A program made the translations under genes and the position numbers. The notes beneath the pieces were generated by a model. The model had not been told where the DNA came from, searched no databases, and saw nothing but the letters and a program-made list of their open reading frames with translations. A stretch of 64,000 bases of DNA from Eledone cirrhosa (Eukaryota). This document shows positions 60,640 through 64,000 of the stretch, in pieces. The DNA lies in contig CAXHJY010000514.1 of the NCBI GenBank assembly GCA_964016885.1, forward strand, positions 62,001 through 126,000, read 5' to 3'. Position 1 is the first letter of the stretch. Every line of letters starts with the position of its first letter.

Positions 60640-60910
60640 CCATCAAATATGTTTCTGTAGAGCTGCTACAATATTACAGCCAAGTAGTTAGAATGTCTCA
60701 GGAAAGAATTGTTAGAGAGATTTTACTGGTAAAACTGGAAGGAGACCCAGGAGGAGACCCAAAGCAAGACGGATACATAACACCCATATGGTCAGCTGGT
60801 CTCATTTGGGGATCCAGCTGGATCAATTGGAGATTGTTGCTTCTTCCAGGACCTACTGAAAGGAGTATTTGAGGATTCTGCCCTCATGACTCTCCCAGTA
60901 TTAAGTGGGT
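60640..60910 (+). mobile_element. Old RTE 3' fragment
   Basis: LQYYSQVVRMSQERIVREIL followed by RPRRRPK-like codons. Confidence 0.45.
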
Positions 60911-61304
60911 GAAAAGGAACATTTTTTCTAAAGAATCTAATTCATGTAGTAACTGAGAACAATAGTTTATATTTCAATAAAGACAAAATTATAGATGCTT
61001 TTATATCATAAAGGATTTTCATGGTGTGGAATTTCTAATTCTTTAGATATTTATTATTAATATGAACACTTTGGATTCATCAAAAGCAAAACAATGTGAT
61101 GATTTATTTTGCATTACTTGGTGTGGCATGTGCCCATAACTCCTGAGGAAGTTGTAGGGGTACCGCATAGACATATGATGTATCTAGGGCCTTTTTTAAA
61201 ACCTGGCAGAACCCATCTCCTCTCCAGATCTGAATACAGCATATTTCTTCCAGAGAAGGATAAAGCATGGGAGAATTGTAGTGAGAAAGATATATAAGAG
61301 AATA

Positions 61305-61440
61305 ATCGACCCCAGTACTAGATGGTACTTTTTTTTATCGCCCTCGAAAGGATGAAAGGCAAAGTTGACCTCACCAGAATTTGAACTCAGACAGCAGAGA
61401 GCTGAAATGAATACTACAAAGCATTTTATCTGACATTTGC
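61305..61440 (-). mobile_element. SINE fragment (same family as 22257)
   Basis: AAGGATGAAAGGCAAAGTTGACCTC...ATTTGAACTCAG. A further remnant lies at ~62830-62915. Confidence 0.7.
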
Positions 61441-62374
61441 CACATTTATATGTGCATTAATTACCCATACTTAAAATATGCTTTAAAATGTTGAGTTTAA
61501 CACCTTTCTACAACACTTAGTAAATAATGTATAAATAATTGTTTCGACTTTGACAATAATGACAAAAGTGACAATAATGATGAAAAGAAGTTTTGCTTAC
61601 ATGTTGTTTACTAAAACTTATTTAATATGTTGAAGCCAAATTAACTCTTTCATGACACTATTTCTAATGGAATACAGTTTTGCTGTTTATCCATTAATTT
61701 TGGTCTTTGGAGTTAGTAAATTATTCTCAAATGTAATTCTGTCAGAGGTATTTTAATTCCAATATGAACACTATTAAACGATGATTTGTGTCATAGAACC
61801 TGAAACAGTCACAGGCAGATTGATAGAAGTTACTAAGGTTTACTTATCATCTGTAGAAAATAATACTTACTTTATTACTAGCCGTACCTAATCACTGGGT
61901 CACATGTTGAGGAAGTGAATGATCAAGATAATCTTGGCTAAAGATGGCATAAAAAATGAAAGAAATGGGTTGATGAGAGGGGAATCAGACATTCAAGGAA
62001 AGATGGAGATGCTTATTATGGAGTTCAGAAAGCTAATCCCAGCTTTAGCTGGGGAAAAGGATCTTAAAAATGCTTGTTGTTGAATACTAGCTGGTAAGCC
62101 ATTTTCCATAAATTCTGAAATCTAGAATTGCAGTTATGTTATATCACAAGAAGCATGGTTAATTTTCCTCCTGGCAATAGACATCTGTAGTTGTTACCAC
62201 CAACATCTGTGTAGATGTAACCAACTCCTCATGGGATTGTATCCCATATAAAGTCTCTTGGATGTTTTTTATAACAGGGACCCCTGTCCCATCATGTCAC
62301 TATTTTCCTAGTAACTGGAGGTGGGATTTGAACTCAGAATGCAATGAACTGGAACAAACATAGCGAGGTGTTTT

Positions 62375-62760
62375 ATCATCGTTTTTGCATCCATGTGTCC
62401 ATGCTTCCATGGGTTTGACATGTACTTTTCAGCACAGCATCACTCCACTTATCATTTTCTTTTGTCAGCACCAGCTATACAAGTCTCAGCAATTTAAGAT
62501 CAGCTTTCACCACATCTGCCTAGATCTTCTTTGGTCTACCTCTACTGCAGCTTTCTACCACAGGGATTTCCTGGCAATTCTTCACCCACTGATCATTAAT
62601 CCATGTGCATCACATCCCCATTCCAACACAGACTTCTCTCCAGTACACTATTTTTTTATTCCTCTTAAACCCAGTTTTTCCCTCACTTCATCCGACCTCT
62701 GCCTTTCTCTTGCATTTACATTGCACATCTAATGAAACATGGTTGTTTCATTTCACTTCA
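62375..62760 (-). mobile_element. Old RTE 3' fragment
   Basis: Similar to 13940-14260 (CAGCACAGCATC.CTCCACTT, TGGTCTACCTCTACTGC, TGCATCACAT). Confidence 0.6.
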
Positions 62761-63334
62761 TCCTTTTCATGTACACTGCAGTCTATGTCAATCATTAACA
62801 GTTCTGGCAATTTGCTGTCCTCCTCCAATACTTTATTTATTGACCCTGAAAGGATGAAATAAAATTTTACTTTGAATGGATTTGAACAGAAAGTGCAGAG
62901 AGCTGAAACAAATTCAAAAACACATATAATCAGAATGTTTTAATGACTCTTATAATCTCCTGCTATAATGTGTGCAAATTGATAATAGAAATTATGATCA
63001 CTGACACTCATATTTTATTACTGACATTGTCAATATTCCTGCAATTAAAATCCTTAAATAGAAAATAATTGTTTACCAATTTTGATGATATCATGCCTGC
63101 CAGCACTAATTTCCAGATAATTATAACCAAAATGTATAATCATTCTTAATTTTTGAAGTACCTCTAATAAAACCCTAGCTAAAGACATTTATGGAAAGGA
63201 TTTATGTACGAACCTGTAACTCCAGTGGTAGTGGTAGGGGCACCACATTGACATACAGCATTTGTAGGGCATTTTTTAAAGCCTGGTGAATGCCATACCT
63301 CTCCAGGTCAAAATACAGCAGATTTCTTTCAGAG

Positions 63335-64000
63335 AAAGCCTTGATGAGGTTTTCCACCAATTCTTCATAGTTTCCTTCCCTTCTGTTTGCTGCTAACTTC
63401 ATTGCCTCCCTAGCAGTTTTCTACTCCATATGAAGGGCTGATTCAAAGTCACCATCTGTAAGAAGTTCTCGAATCTGAGGACTAATGAAGACTCCATCTT
63501 TTACCTTAGCATCACTCATTGAGGGGAATTTTGATGTTAAATACTTGAATCCCTGACTGGATTTGCCCATAGCTTTTACAAAGTTTTTCATGAGCCCCAG
63601 TTTTATGTGTAGTGGTGGTTGCAAAATTTAGTTTGGTTCAGTGAGCAGTGGATATTGAACATTTTTCATTCCAGGCTCCAATGATTGATGAGGTGGCTAG
63701 TCTCTCCTGATATAGTAAGCCCCACCTGCATGGCTCTCCCATTCACACAGAAAGCATCAGTACTTGGTGTATCCGTCCTGCAAGCCTATCACAAGATTAA
63801 GAACCTTTAAGTCACCACAGAGATGTCATTGATGTTCACCTTATGTTATATATTGCAACAAATGCTTTATATTCTCATTAGTTTCTTTCATATGTGATGT
63901 ATAGCCCATAGGAACTGATGGTTCACTATTGCCATTATGCAGCAAGACACCTTTCAGACTAGTTTTTGATGAATCTATGAACAGCCTCCAGTGACTGTGT
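63335..64000 (-). mobile_element. Chapaev3-like (CMC/Transib-related) DNA transposase remnant
   Basis: LFIDSSKTSLKGVLLHNGN, CGDLKV..IGLQDGYTKY*CFLCEW and PPLHIKLGLMKNFVKAM...AKVKDGVFISPQIR. Stops and frameshifts. Confidence 0.75.

Overview
AT-rich, repeat-saturated eukaryotic (animal) DNA. The SINE and LINE-UTR motifs resemble repeats I recall from octopus genomes, but that taxon call is inference. I find no supportable host protein-coding gene. 1-20 kb is a dense pile-up of decayed retroelements: a Tx1/L1-clade LINE (+) and a Dong/R4 RLE-type LINE (-), each bounded by (TAA)n, two RTE-clade LINEs, and a 5'-truncated Ty3/Gypsy element with its 3' LTR. 20-29 kb is intergenic or intronic sequence with SINEs and a non-autonomous Helitron. 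29-57 kb is a giant interrupted (TA)n field. It holds three different Penelope-like elements (PLEs), several minimal type-I hammerhead ribozyme motifs (two with an intact core), RTE fragments carrying a PHD-like finger inside the RT, small TIR elements, tandem duplications and a fold-back junction. 57-64 kb holds Vingi/Ingi-like and Chapaev3-like remnants. All Tyr/Ile-repeat ORFs in the ORF track are microsatellite artefacts. All family assignments come from motif recognition, not database searches.
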